A stretch of 64,000 nt of DNA from Dehalococcoidia bacterium (GCA_965220545.1 CBDCQF010000011.1:287098-351097); one strand, 5' to 3'; shown: positions 17,393-26,372, counted from the stretch's first letter. Made by a program: numbers and translations. The notes: generated by a model not told the origin, from the letters alone.

Positions 17393-19048
17393 CTAAGCCC
17401 AGTCCATGGGCGGGTGCTTCTGGTGATGGTCCGTTGCCTGCTGGTAGGCGTGGCAAACGCGGAACAGGGTGTGTTCGTCCAGGGGGCGAGTACCCAGGTG
17501 CCAGCCCACGGGCAGCCCGGACTTGGTGAAGCCTGCCGGGATGGAGATGGCGGCAGCGCCGGCCATGCTGAACGATCCCGTCCCGCCGCCGCGGGCCATG
17601 ACCGCGGTACGGGCGTCATCGCGGCTCTTGATGGGCGACTCGGTGACGATTGGACCCGCTGGGCCCTGGCCGGTGGATCCGACGAGGACATCGTACTTGT
17701 CAAAGACGTCGAGCATGGTCTGGCCCATCAGCGCCCTCGCCCTGGGAGCCAGCGTCTGTAGACCGGCGGGGATGAGGCAGCCGACCAGCAAGCGGACTCG
17801 CGTGTTGTAATCGTAGTCCATGTACCGTTCCCTGAGGTGGCCGCGGTGGTAGCTGGCCGCCTGGCCGTCGCAGATGGCGGTGTGCACGCCGTACATCTTC
17901 TCCATGAGCGGGATGCTGACCGGTTCCACCACCGCGCCAAGCCCTTTGAGCACGTCGATGGCTTGGGAGACTATCTCCCTGGTCTCCGGTTCCACCTGGT
18001 CACCCATCATCTGCTCGACTATGCCTACCCGCAGCCCCTTGACGTCGCCGGTGAGCGACGCCGAGTAGTCGGGCACCGATTCACGGCTGGTGGTGGGGTC
18101 CTTGGGGTCGTACCCTGCGGTAGCTTGGAGCATGATCGCCGTGTCCTCGGCGCTGCGCGCCAGGGGGCCGGCGGTATCCAGCTCCCAGGACAGGGTAAAG
18201 ATACCCTGGCGGCTCAGACGGCTCCAGCTGGGTCGCAGTCCGGCGATGCCGTTCACGGATCCCGGTCCGCGGATGGAGCCGCCGGTGTCGCCTCCCATCG
18301 AGCCGCTGAGAAGCCCGGCGGCTACGGAAGACCCCGATCCCGCCGACGACCCCGCTGGGGTAAGGTCGATACGCCAGGGGTTGCGCGGAGTCTGTTTGTT
18401 GAAGAACTCCAGCGTTCCTCCCATGTGGAACTCGTGGGTGGCAAGCGTGCCCATGATCACCGCTCCGGCCTCACGGAACCGGGCGATGATGGTGCAGTCT
18501 TCCGCGGCGATGTTGTCGTCGTAGGCGTCGCAGCCGCCGGTGTTGAGGTGGCCCTTGATATCCAACTGGTCCTTCACGCCAATCGGGATGCCGTGCATGG
18601 GGCCTCTGTAGTTTCCGGAGGCGATCTCCTGTTCCGCCTGCTTTGCCTCGGCCAGCGCTTCGTCGGCGAGCACCAGGTTGAAGGCGTAGAGGTAGGGGTC
18701 GTACTTTTCGATGCGCTCAAGGTAGGTGCGAGTCAGCTCCACCGGAGAGAGCTTCTTCGACTCGATGAGGCCGGCCTGCTCGCGGATGGTCATGAAGGCG
18801 ATGTCGTCAGTGTGAGGTGTCCCGTTTCCCGATGCGGGTGCAGCGACCCCCGAGGAACGCTCGGGGACACCGCGGAAGGGGAGGATGGGCCAGGGCTCGG
18901 TGTGATAGACATCGAGTTGGTCAAGCTGGACTAGCCCTTCTATGAGTGCGTTGATGCGGTAGAAGACCTCGGTGAATTCAGGTTCGGGCGGGTCGAAGCC
19001 CTGGATGTTGAGAATGGAGCGGATCACGTCTCTGGAAAGGTCTGCCAT
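17393..19048 (-). CDS. amidase (amidase-signature family)
   Basis: The start is set at MADLSRD (GGAGG 7 nt upstream). It has the Gly/Ser-rich AS signature ..GGDTGGSIRGP.. and ..PAGSSAGSGSSVAAG.. Confidence 0.85.
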   Translation of the reverse strand: MADLSRDVIRSILNIQGFDPPEPEFTEVFYRINALIEGLVQLDQLDVYHTEPWPILPFRGVPERSSGVAAPASGNGTPHTDDIAFMTIREQAGLIESKKLSPVELTRTYLERIEKYDPYLYAFNLVLADEALAEAKQAEQEIASGNYRGPMHGIPIGVKDQLDIKGHLNTGGCDAYDDNIAAEDCTIIARFREAGAVIMGTLATHEFHMGGTLEFFNKQTPRNPWRIDLTPAGSSAGSGSSVAAGLLSGSMGGDTGGSIRGPGSVNGIAGLRPSWSRLSRQGIFTLSWELDTAGPLARSAEDTAIMLQATAGYDPKDPTTSRESVPDYSASLTGDVKGLRVGIVEQMMGDQVEPETREIVSQAIDVLKGLGAVVEPVSIPLMEKMYGVHTAICDGQAASYHRGHLRERYMDYDYNTRVRLLVGCLIPAGLQTLAPRARALMGQTMLDVFDKYDVLVGSTGQGPAGPIVTESPIKSRDDARTAVMARGGGTGSFSMAGAAAISIPAGFTKSGLPVGWHLGTRPLDEHTLFRVCHAYQQATDHHQKHPPMDWA

Positions 19049-19123
19049 GATTGCCTCCACTTGTTGATAGAGGCAATACTATCGCAGGGTATAATCGGAT
19101 GCAAAAGCAGAGGAGGCGAAACC

Positions 19124-19495
19124 ATGGGCAATAGCGAGGGGATTTCCAGGGAGGTAGGGACGGAGCTGCTGTTTGAGAACGACAGGGTCAAGGTATGGAG
19201 CATGGCGCTGGAGCCTGGGGAAACTTCGCCGTACCACCAGCATGATAACGACTACGTATTTGTGTACACGACGCCGAGCCGGATCAGCAGCAACAGGCAA
19301 GGTGAGGAAGAGCGGGTAAGCGAGTTCGAAGAGGGCTACGTTCAATACACCGAGGTGGGCGGAGGCATCCAGCACAGCATCACCAACGTATCGGAGATAA
19401 GGCATCACCAGATCATCGTGGAGATGAAGGGAGGAAGCGTCTCGGCGACGCCGCAACCGCCGGAGAACAATGGGCGTTCGCGGGTCGCGGGCTGA
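19124..19495 (+). CDS. cupin domain protein
   Basis: ATG at 19124 behind AGGAGG. The product contains ..LEPGETSPYHQHDNDYVFV..IQHSITN.. (cupin motifs). Confidence 0.6.
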   Translation: MGNSEGISREVGTELLFENDRVKVWSMALEPGETSPYHQHDNDYVFVYTTPSRISSNRQGEEERVSEFEEGYVQYTEVGGGIQHSITNVSEIRHHQIIVEMKGGSVSATPQPPENNGRSRVAG

Positions 19496-19504
19496 GATGA
19501 GCGG

Positions 19505-19533
19505 TTGCCGCTGGTTGCATCTCTGGGTACAAT
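19505..19533 (+). promoter_or_regulatory. candidate promoter TTGCCG-17-TACAAT
   Basis: -35-like TTGCCG at 19505-19510, a 17-nt spacer and TACAAT at 19528-19533, about 35 nt upstream of the 19568 start. Confidence 0.35.
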
Positions 19534-19567
19534 CGCTGCGCCGTAGATTATGAGACGAGGTCTGTAG

Positions 19568-19987
19568 ATGTACGAAAAGAGTATGCTGAGCCTAGATAGC
19601 TGCATGAAGGCAATTGAGGCGATGACGGAGGAGTTCAACAGGGAGCCGGGCCGCTCGCCGGTGGACATGGCGATAGTGGACGACATGGGGAACCTGCTGG
19701 CTTACGCCCGCATGGACCGCTGCTTCCGTCCCACGTTCGCCATGAGAAAGGCGTATACGTCGGCGATCAGGGGATCGGATACCGGGGCGTTTGCCGAACG
19801 GCTGGCGGCGCAGGGCAGGACCCTGGCCGAGATAGGAGACCCTCAGCTGATCACGACGCGCGGGGGAGTGGTAGCGCGAAAAGACGGCGTGGTGCTGGGC
19901 GCGATAGGAGTGGGCGGCCTGCCCTCCGCTGAAGACGACGAGAAGATTGCGAAGGTTGGCTTGGAGGCGTTGCTGGGGAACGGGTAG
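19568..19987 (+). CDS. GlcG/HbpS-like heme-binding protein (DUF336)
   Basis: 139 aa. ..AIVDDMGNLLAYARMD.. and ..GGVVARKDGVVLGAIGVGG..DDEKIA.. are typical of DUF336. Confidence 0.7.
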   Translation: MYEKSMLSLDSCMKAIEAMTEEFNREPGRSPVDMAIVDDMGNLLAYARMDRCFRPTFAMRKAYTSAIRGSDTGAFAERLAAQGRTLAEIGDPQLITTRGGVVARKDGVVLGAIGVGGLPSAEDDEKIAKVGLEALLGNG

Positions 19988-20010
19988 AGGATAGGTGCGC
20001 AGGTAAGAGC

Positions 20011-20403
20011 CTAGCGTTGCTGCACTGCTCTGACCAGCAGAAGTGCAAGCCAAGCCGGCAGGGAGAGGGCCGCTGAAGCAATGGCGAGGATCCCCGACTG
20101 CAACAGGCCTGCCAAGAGGAAGCCGGTCAGCGTGAGGGGGACCAGCGCCACCGCTGACAGGTAGGCGACGACGCGGGAACGCCGGTGGAGCAGCACAAGA
20201 GCCAAGCTCAACGGAACGGACGCGGGCCAGGCGAAGGCAAACAATCTTGACAACAGGGTGTACCCGTATTCCAAGTCTTCGGACTCAAAGGTGGTCCACC
20301 CAAAGGCGAAATAGACCACGAATGCCGCTATCGGCGTCAAAGACAAGAACAAGGACAGAACCAATGTCCTTGCCGCAACGGACGTGATCTTAACCCGGTT
20401 CAA
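20011..20403 (-). CDS. small hydrophobic membrane protein (hypothetical)
   Basis: The ORF-track start at 20535 overlaps the tRNA, so I propose the TTG at comp. 20401-20403 (AGGA 8 nt upstream). It has 3-4 predicted TM stretches and I recognise no family. Confidence 0.3.
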   Translation of the reverse strand: MNRVKITSVAARTLVLSLFLSLTPIAAFVVYFAFGWTTFESEDLEYGYTLLSRLFAFAWPASVPLSLALVLLHRRSRVVAYLSAVALVPLTLTGFLLAGLLQSGILAIASAALSLPAWLALLLVRAVQQR

Positions 20404-20507
20404 ATAGCTTATCCTAATGCAACGCCCAGTTATTCCCAGAACGGCGAACCCACATTGCCGGTGCAAGGAGTATGACAAAGCGATAGAACGTTCGAGTAGG
20501 GAGTTTC

Positions 20508-20586
20508 TGGCGACCCGGATGGGATTTGAACCCACGATCTCCGCCTTGACAGGGCGGTGTGTTAAACCAGACTACACCACCGGGCC
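20508..20586 (-). tRNA. tRNA-Asp (anticodon GTC), CCA encoded
   Basis: Folded by hand. Acceptor GGCCCGG/CCGGGTC, D-arm GTGT..ACAC, anticodon stem CCGCC/GGCGG with loop CTGTCAA, T-arm GTGGG-TTCAAAT-CCCAT, discriminator G plus CCA. Confidence 0.9.
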
Positions 20587-20631
20587 GCAGAAGCTAATTA
20601 TACGCAACGGTACGCAATTAGGAAAGGGGCG

Positions 20632-21345
20632 CTATACACCCTGCTCTATCTGCTCCCGCTGCCAGCCGTAGTCCACCTCTCCTTGGTAGAACCTCTCCGG
20701 GTTTTCCACGGCCCAAATCTGCTTGCGTATGACCCAGTTGTCCGGCTCAAGGTCTCGTCCCGTCTTCCACGCCGACAGAGCGCCCGCGGTGTCGCCTTCC
20801 TTGTATAGATCGACGCCGCGCTGGAAGTGCTCGATGGCCTCCTTGTGGTTGGGGCCGCCTCTGGGGTCTTCCTGCATACGATCGGCCAGCCACTGCGGCG
20901 ACGCGCCCTGGGCCCAGCCCTCGGCGATATCGGCGTACTCCTGCTTGCGGATGTCGAAGCCGCCGTACTTCTGGTATTCCAGCAGGCCCGCCTCGTCTAT
21001 GAGGAGGGCGTTGGGCACGGCCTTGAAGTCGAATAGCCGGCTCAACAGGTTGTCTTCATCGACCAGGGTGGTGTAGGCGGCGCCGGCCTCTTCCACGTAG
21101 GGACGGGCTCTATAGGCGCCCTGGGCGTCCATGGCCACGGTCACCACCTCAATGCCCTGTTCCTTGTGCTTGGTGTAGAACTCCTGCCACCCGGGCAGTT
21201 GGGCGCGGCAGGCTCACCAGGAGGCCCACATGAAGAGAGCGACTCGCTTCCCCCTCAAGCCGGAGAGGCTTACGGGCCTACCGTCGAGGGCGGGCAGGGT
21301 GAAGTCGGGAACGTCTGAACCTATGCGGAGCGTCTCGGTTGTCAT
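20632..21345 (-). CDS. TlpA/ResA-like thiol:disulfide oxidoreductase with in-frame UGA at the redox motif (candidate selenoprotein; alternatively a pseudogene)
   Basis: The ORF track gives only 20632..21147. The same frame continues upstream through TGA (comp. 21214-21216) to ATG (comp. 21343-21345) behind AAGGAG. The product reads MTTETLRIGSDVPDFTLPALDGRPVSLSGLRGKRVALFMWASW-U-ACRAQLPGWQEFY.. A hairpin CUGCC-CGGGU-GGCAG lies 15 nt after the UGA. Confidence 0.6.
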
Positions 21346-21405
21346 GTGCGGCTCCTTTCGAGATGGGATTCGATGGGTTGGGTTGGTCATGGGGCTACGC
21401 TTCCA

Positions 21406-21687
21406 CTAGGGCAGCGGCTCAAGCGCTACGGGAACCTCGCCTTTGTTCCGCTCCTGGGCTTCGTCGTACCGCGCCTGCAATCGATGCCAGACAGATGCGT
21501 CGCTGCCAAACAGCTTACTCAACTCCACGGCCATCGCAGGAGATACACCCTCCTGGCCGTTGATGACGCTACTTAGCTGCTCGGCGCTGACCCCCAGCTT
21601 TTGCGCCGTCTCCGCAACGTCCATGCCCAGAGCTTCCATGTCTGTTTTGATAATCCGCCCAGGATGGGCGGGATACTTCATAGGCAT
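21406..21687 (-). CDS. higA: HigA family antitoxin (XRE-type HTH)
   Basis: 93 aa with ..HPGRIIKTDMEALGMDVAETAQKLGVSAEQLSSVINGQEGVSPAMAVELSKLFG.. It lies directly downstream of higB. Confidence 0.8.
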   Translation of the reverse strand: MPMKYPAHPGRIIKTDMEALGMDVAETAQKLGVSAEQLSSVINGQEGVSPAMAVELSKLFGSDASVWHRLQARYDEAQERNKGEVPVALEPLP

Positions 21688-21699
21688 TCGGCGCTTCTC

Positions 21700-21978
21700 C
21701 TAATGGTAATCTACAAAATCGACATCCGTGACATTGCCGCCGTCGAACCGAAAGATGATTCTCCAGTTTCGAGACACGGTTACCGACCAGAAGCCGGCCA
21801 AGTTGCCGCTCAACGGATGCAATCGGTAACCGGGCTGGTCCATCTCTCCAGGCCTTCCCACAACATCAAGCAGGGTCAGTATTTCCTCAATTCGTGTAAC
21901 AGAGTCAACCGGCAACCGTCTACGGTCTCCATTCTCGTACAGGCGTCTCAGGCCCCTATGACGGAAACCGAGAATCAT
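21700..21978 (-). CDS. higB: HigB / RelE-fold plasmid-maintenance killer toxin
   Basis: 92 aa with ..LHPLSGNLAGFWSVTVSRNWRIIFRFDGGNVTDVDFVDYH, the typical HigB C-terminus. Confidence 0.8.
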   Translation of the reverse strand: MILGFRHRGLRRLYENGDRRRLPVDSVTRIEEILTLLDVVGRPGEMDQPGYRLHPLSGNLAGFWSVTVSRNWRIIFRFDGGNVTDVDFVDYH

Positions 21979-22052
21979 TGCTCTAGTCTAACCTGTTGCC
22001 ACCCAATCGGCAATTGATATTAATTTGCCTGCCGGACATCTCCAAAGCATCA

Positions 22053-22110
22053 CCGCTCATGGTGGGCCTAGAGTTTACCCTGAGCATGCCGAAGGGAACC
22101 ATATGAGCGG
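22053..22110. repeat. palindromic dispersed repeat, family A long form
   Basis: CCGCTCAT...ATGAGCGG terminal inverted arms enclose GGTGGGCCTAGAGTTTACCCTGAGCATGCCGAAGGGAACC. Its reverse complement is about 85% identical to 32627-32683. Confidence 0.75.
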
Positions 22111-22141
22111 CAAGTAGGCATGTCAATTACCACGTCTCGCT

Positions 22142-24445
22142 CTACCCCATCCGGAACCGGCGCAGGCGCAGCGAGTTGCTGAGAACGCTGACCGAGCTGA
22201 CGGCCATGGCTCCGGCGGCGAGCACGGGGTTGAGGAAGCCGTACTCGCCCAGGAAGTAGCTCAGCGCGGAGGGCACGCCGCCACCGGCAAAGAACAGGTA
22301 GAGGACGCCCGCCGCCACGGGGATGAGCGCGGTGTTGTAGAAGAAGGCCCAGAACAGGTTCTGCTTGATGGTGCGCACTGCGGCCCGCGACAGGTTGACG
22401 GCCCTGGGTATGGCGCGTACGTCGTCTTGCATGAGGGTGATGTCGGCGGCTTCCATGGCGACGTCGATCCCGGCGCCGATGGCTATGCCCACGTCGGCCT
22501 GGGCCAGCGCCGGCGCGTCGTTGATGCCGTCGCCGACCATGGCCACGGTGCGGCCTTCCTGCTGAAAGGCTTGCACCTGCGCCGTCTTCCGGTCGGGCGT
22601 CATCTCCGAGAGGACGCGTTGGATACCGGCCTGCGCAGCGATGGCTTGGGCGGCGCGAGGGTTGTCGCCGGTGAGCATGACGACTTCAAGCCCCATGTCC
22701 TGCATGGTCTGCACGGCCTGTTTCGATTCGGGGCGGATGGCGTCGGCCACGGCGATGACGCCCCTGACCTCCCCATCCACAGCGACGAACATCGGAGTCC
22801 TGCCCCGGTCTGAAAGGTCGCTTGCCTTCGTATCCAGTCCGTTGAGGGTGTACTCCTTTTGCCGCATCAGCGCCAGGTTGCCCAGGGTGACCACCGAGCC
22901 GTTGACATCGGCCTCGATGCCCTGGCCGGGCAGGGCCTGGAACTCGGTGGCCTGATCAAGGGCGAGGCCGCGTCCCTCCGCAGCAGCGACGATGGCCCTG
23001 GCAAGGGGATGCTCCGAGCCGCGCTCGGCGGATGCGGCCAGCCTGAGCAGATCGTCTTCCCCTATGCCGTCGGTCAGGATGTCGGTGACGGCGGGTTTGC
23101 CCAGGGTGAGGGTGCCAGTCTTGTCCAATATCACGGTGTCGACCTTGTGGGCGCGTTCCAAGGCTTGAGCGTTGCGAATCAGGATGCCGCCCTCGGCGCC
23201 CTTGCCGGTGGCGACCATGATGGCGGTGGGCGTGGCAAGCCCCAGGGCGCAAGGGCAAGCGATGACGAGCACGGCGACCATGTTGAGCAGAGCGAAGGTG
23301 AAGGCCGGGTCGGGCCCCAGCAGCAGCCAGGTGACAAACGTTGCCGCCGCTATGACGATTACGGCCGGCACAAAGTAGCTGGATACGACATCGGCGAGGC
23401 GCTGGATGGGCGCCCTGGAGCCTTGCGCCTCCTCCACGAGCCTAATGATGCGCGACAAGGCGGTGTCCTTACCGACCTTGGTGGCGCGAAACCGGAAGCT
23501 GCCCGTCGTGTTGATGGTGGCGGCGTAAACCGGCGAACCGGCCTCCTTATCTACGGGAATGCTCTCGCCGCTGAGCATGGACTCGTCTATGGCTGATGCG
23601 CCGTGCGTCACCTCGCCGTCCACGGGGATGCTCTCGCCGGGGCGCACGATGACAAGGTCGCCTACGACCACTTGCTCTATGGGCACGTCGATCTCGGCGT
23701 CGCCTCGCATGAGGCGGGCCGTCTTGGGCCGCAGTCCCATCAGCTTGCGGATAGCCTCGGAGGTCTGTCCCCTGGCCCTGGCTTCCAGGAACCGGCCGAG
23801 CAGGATGAGCGCAATGATGATGGCGGCGGTATCGAAGTAGACGGCGGGCTCCACGCCTTCAGCGGCGAAGAGTTCGGGGAACACGGTTATCGTGGCGCTG
23901 AAAACGTAGGCTACGCCGGTGCCCAGCGCAATCAACGTGTTCATATTGGTGGTGCGGCGCCTGGCCGCGCTCCAAGCTCCCTTGTAGAACTGGGCCCCGG
24001 CCCAGAACTGTACCGGAGTCGCCAGCGCCCACAGAACGTACCAGTTCTGCAGGAAGGAGGGCATCCAGGGGAACCACTCTTTGAAGCTGCCAAGGAAGAT
24101 GACGATGCCAAGGCCGCCAGCGACGAGGAACCGGTTGCGCTGTTCCTTGATGAGCTTGGTTCGGGCCAGGCGTTCCCTGTCGCGTTGCTCTTCCTCTTCT
24201 CCGGCTATGCCCTCCACGGAGTAGCCCGCATCGGCCACGGCGCGGTCGAAATCCTCCAGGGTAGCGATGTCATCCAGGTAGTGGAGGGTGGCCCGCTCCG
24301 TGGCAAGGTTGACGTCGACGGAGACCACGCCATCGACCTCTTTGAGCGCCTTTTCAACGTGGAACACGCAGGCGGCGCAGGTCATGCCCGCTATGTTCAG
24401 GCCTATCTTCTGCCTGGGCTGGTTTTCTATGTCTTGAACGGCCAA
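22142..24445 (-). CDS. copA: copper-translocating P1B-type ATPase
   Basis: N-terminal GMTCAACVFHVEKAL metal-binding domain, CPCALGLATP, DKTGTLT and GDGINDAP. Confidence 0.9.
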   Translation of the reverse strand: MAVQDIENQPRQKIGLNIAGMTCAACVFHVEKALKEVDGVVSVDVNLATERATLHYLDDIATLEDFDRAVADAGYSVEGIAGEEEEQRDRERLARTKLIKEQRNRFLVAGGLGIVIFLGSFKEWFPWMPSFLQNWYVLWALATPVQFWAGAQFYKGAWSAARRRTTNMNTLIALGTGVAYVFSATITVFPELFAAEGVEPAVYFDTAAIIIALILLGRFLEARARGQTSEAIRKLMGLRPKTARLMRGDAEIDVPIEQVVVGDLVIVRPGESIPVDGEVTHGASAIDESMLSGESIPVDKEAGSPVYAATINTTGSFRFRATKVGKDTALSRIIRLVEEAQGSRAPIQRLADVVSSYFVPAVIVIAAATFVTWLLLGPDPAFTFALLNMVAVLVIACPCALGLATPTAIMVATGKGAEGGILIRNAQALERAHKVDTVILDKTGTLTLGKPAVTDILTDGIGEDDLLRLAASAERGSEHPLARAIVAAAEGRGLALDQATEFQALPGQGIEADVNGSVVTLGNLALMRQKEYTLNGLDTKASDLSDRGRTPMFVAVDGEVRGVIAVADAIRPESKQAVQTMQDMGLEVVMLTGDNPRAAQAIAAQAGIQRVLSEMTPDRKTAQVQAFQQEGRTVAMVGDGINDAPALAQADVGIAIGAGIDVAMEAADITLMQDDVRAIPRAVNLSRAAVRTIKQNLFWAFFYNTALIPVAAGVLYLFFAGGGVPSALSYFLGEYGFLNPVLAAGAMAVSSVSVLSNSLRLRRFRMG

Positions 24446-24448
24446 GGT

Positions 24449-24715
24449 TTACTTCTCCGAAAGATTGTAGAGCTGTGTAAGCTCGTCAAGGACCTCCTGG
24501 TCGTGGCCGTTGCGCACGCCCTCCAGGACGTGGGTGTGCAGGTGGCCTTCCAGCAGCTTGGACTCCACCTTCTGGATGGCGCGTCGCACGGCGTAGGTCT
24601 GCTTGAGGATGTCGACGCAGTATTTCTCGTCCTCGATCATGCGCCGGATACCGGCCAGGTGTCCTTCAATATAGTTCAGCCGTTTCAGCGAGTCTTGCTT
24701 TACTTCAGGCAGCAT
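24449..24715 (-). CDS. csoR: CsoR family metal-sensing transcriptional repressor
   Basis: The start is taken at MLPEVKQDSLKRLNYIEGHLAGIRRMIEDEKYCVDILKQ.. (the C..H..C ligand pattern). It lies immediately upstream of copA. Confidence 0.85.
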   Translation of the reverse strand: MLPEVKQDSLKRLNYIEGHLAGIRRMIEDEKYCVDILKQTYAVRRAIQKVESKLLEGHLHTHVLEGVRNGHDQEVLDELTQLYNLSEK

Positions 24716-24733
24716 TGTTGTCCTCTGCGAGTG

Positions 24734-24754
24734 ATACCCCATCCCAGGGGGTAT
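24734..24754. promoter_or_regulatory. candidate CsoR operator (ATACCCC-N7-GGGGTAT)
   Basis: Perfect 7-nt inverted repeat ATACCCCATCCCAGGGGGTAT, 19-39 nt upstream of the csoR start. It resembles known GC-rich TACCC..GGGTA CsoR boxes. Confidence 0.6.
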
Positions 24755-24884
24755 GGGTAGCATATATGGGAGAGGGATACGAGTCAAGGCGGGCCTGGAT
24801 GTACGTAGAGCGACACATTTCAGTGTCTCCGTCTATAATGCTGCGCGTTGCCCTAACGTTCCTGAAATCACGTGGAGGAGTCGG

Positions 24885-26372
24885 ATGGCCCGCCCCGAAA
24901 CGGTTCTGGTCACCGGAGCAACCGGGTATATAGGAGGAAGGTTGGTGCCCCGGCTGGTTGAAGAGGGGCGCCGCGTGCGTGTTCTCGTACGCAGTCAGGC
25001 CCGGGCCCTTTCCCGCTCCTGGTCCGACCAGGTCGAGGTAGCGGTCGGAGACGTTCTTAGCCCTCAAACCCTGTCGAAAGCATTGGCGGGCGTGGACTCT
25101 GCCTACTACCTGATTCACAGCATGTCCAAGGGTTCCAAATTCCACGAGTTGGACATCGAGGCCGCGCGTACATTCGGTCAGGAAGCCAGGGAAGCAGGGG
25201 TGAATCGAATCATTTACCTCGGCGGCTTGGGGGATCCGAAAGCCAATCTCTCTCAGCACTTGCGCTCCCGCCAAGAGACTGGAGAAGCGCTTAGGGAGAG
25301 CGGCGTTCCTGTCACAGAGTTCAGGGCCGCCGTAGTCGTCGGATCAGGCAGTACCTCTTTCGAGATGATTCGCTATCTTGTGGAGCGTCTGCCGGTCATG
25401 GTCTGCCCGAAATGGATTTACTCCCGCATCCAGCCCATCGCCGTGGATGATCTACTGGCATATCTGGTTTCTGCGCTAGACGTTCCGGAAAGCAATGGGC
25501 TCACCATCGAGATTGGGGGGAAGGACGTGACTACCTACAAGGGACTGATGCTCGGCTATGCCGAGGCAAGAGGCCTCAGACGACTGCTGCTTCCCGTCCC
25601 GGTCCTGACTCCTCGTTTGTCCTCTTACTGGGTGCACTGGGTGACTCCCATCCCTGCCGGGATCAGCGCAGCTCTCGTTGAGGGGCTCCGCAACGATGTC
25701 GTCGTGACCAACGCTCTCGCTGGCACTCTGTTTCCCCATATCGAACCTCAGGGCTACGCCTCGGCCATCGGCAGCGTGATTAGGGAACTCGACGAGGGAA
25801 GGATAGATACGTCATGGAGCGATGCCACTGGCACGACCACAGGGCTAGAGAAACCGGTTCGTTTGGAATCTCGGAAAGGGATGATTATCGAGCGCAGGCG
25901 CCGCGTGGTTGCAGCTCCGGCCTGGGCCGTCTACCGGGTGTTTACCGGCATAGGCGGGGCACGCGGCTGGTACTTCGCCAACTGGACATGGCGATTACGT
26001 GGGATGGTTGATCGCTTGCTTGGCGGCGCTGGTCTGCGGAGGGGCCGCCGCCATCCCGACGACCTGCGTACCGGCGATGCCGTGGATTTCTGGCGAGTGG
26101 AAGACTTGGAAGTCGACCACCTGGTTCGGCTGAGGGCCGAGATGAAGCTCCCAGGGCAGGCCTGGCTCCAATACGAGGTGGGGGAAACACAGGACGGCGT
26201 GACTCATCTGGAGCAAACGGCGGCGTTCATACCCAAGGGATTGGCCGGCCTGGCCTATTGGTACGCGCTGTATCCTTTGCACTCCTGGATTTTTGGCGGG
26301 CTTGCAAAAGCAATCGCCCGCCGGGCCGAACGCTTGTCGGCTTCCCTTGGCCCTGAGAATCCGCCCCGCTAA
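24885..26372 (+). CDS. NAD(P)-binding SDR-family protein with DUF2867-like C-terminal domain
   Basis: ATG at 24885 behind GGAGGAG. The product starts MARPETVLVTGATGYIGGRLVPRLVEEG.. The ORF-track start at 24753 would overlap the csoR promoter region. Confidence 0.75.
   Translation: MARPETVLVTGATGYIGGRLVPRLVEEGRRVRVLVRSQARALSRSWSDQVEVAVGDVLSPQTLSKALAGVDSAYYLIHSMSKGSKFHELDIEAARTFGQEAREAGVNRIIYLGGLGDPKANLSQHLRSRQETGEALRESGVPVTEFRAAVVVGSGSTSFEMIRYLVERLPVMVCPKWIYSRIQPIAVDDLLAYLVSALDVPESNGLTIEIGGKDVTTYKGLMLGYAEARGLRRLLLPVPVLTPRLSSYWVHWVTPIPAGISAALVEGLRNDVVVTNALAGTLFPHIEPQGYASAIGSVIRELDEGRIDTSWSDATGTTTGLEKPVRLESRKGMIIERRRRVVAAPAWAVYRVFTGIGGARGWYFANWTWRLRGMVDRLLGGAGLRRGRRHPDDLRTGDAVDFWRVEDLEVDHLVRLRAEMKLPGQAWLQYEVGETQDGVTHLEQTAAFIPKGLAGLAYWYALYPLHSWIFGGLAKAIARRAERLSASLGPENPPR

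Noticed and set aside
19064-19095. TTGATA...TATAAT considered as a promoter for the cupin gene.
   Set aside because: The spacer is 20 nt, too long for a standard sigma70-type promoter. The TATAAT box alone is insufficient evidence.
20404-20535. The N-terminal extension of the 174-aa ORF (20011-20535).
   Set aside because: It overlaps the tRNA-Asp gene on the same strand, so any real coding region must start downstream of it.
23603-24760. A 385-aa plus-strand ORF, along with other long ORFs at 22859-23596, 17837-18934, 27255-28136 and 32818-33807.
   Set aside because: All are antisense to strongly supported genes: copA, the amidase, the aldolase/SDR and the PDO. They are GC-rich shadow frames.
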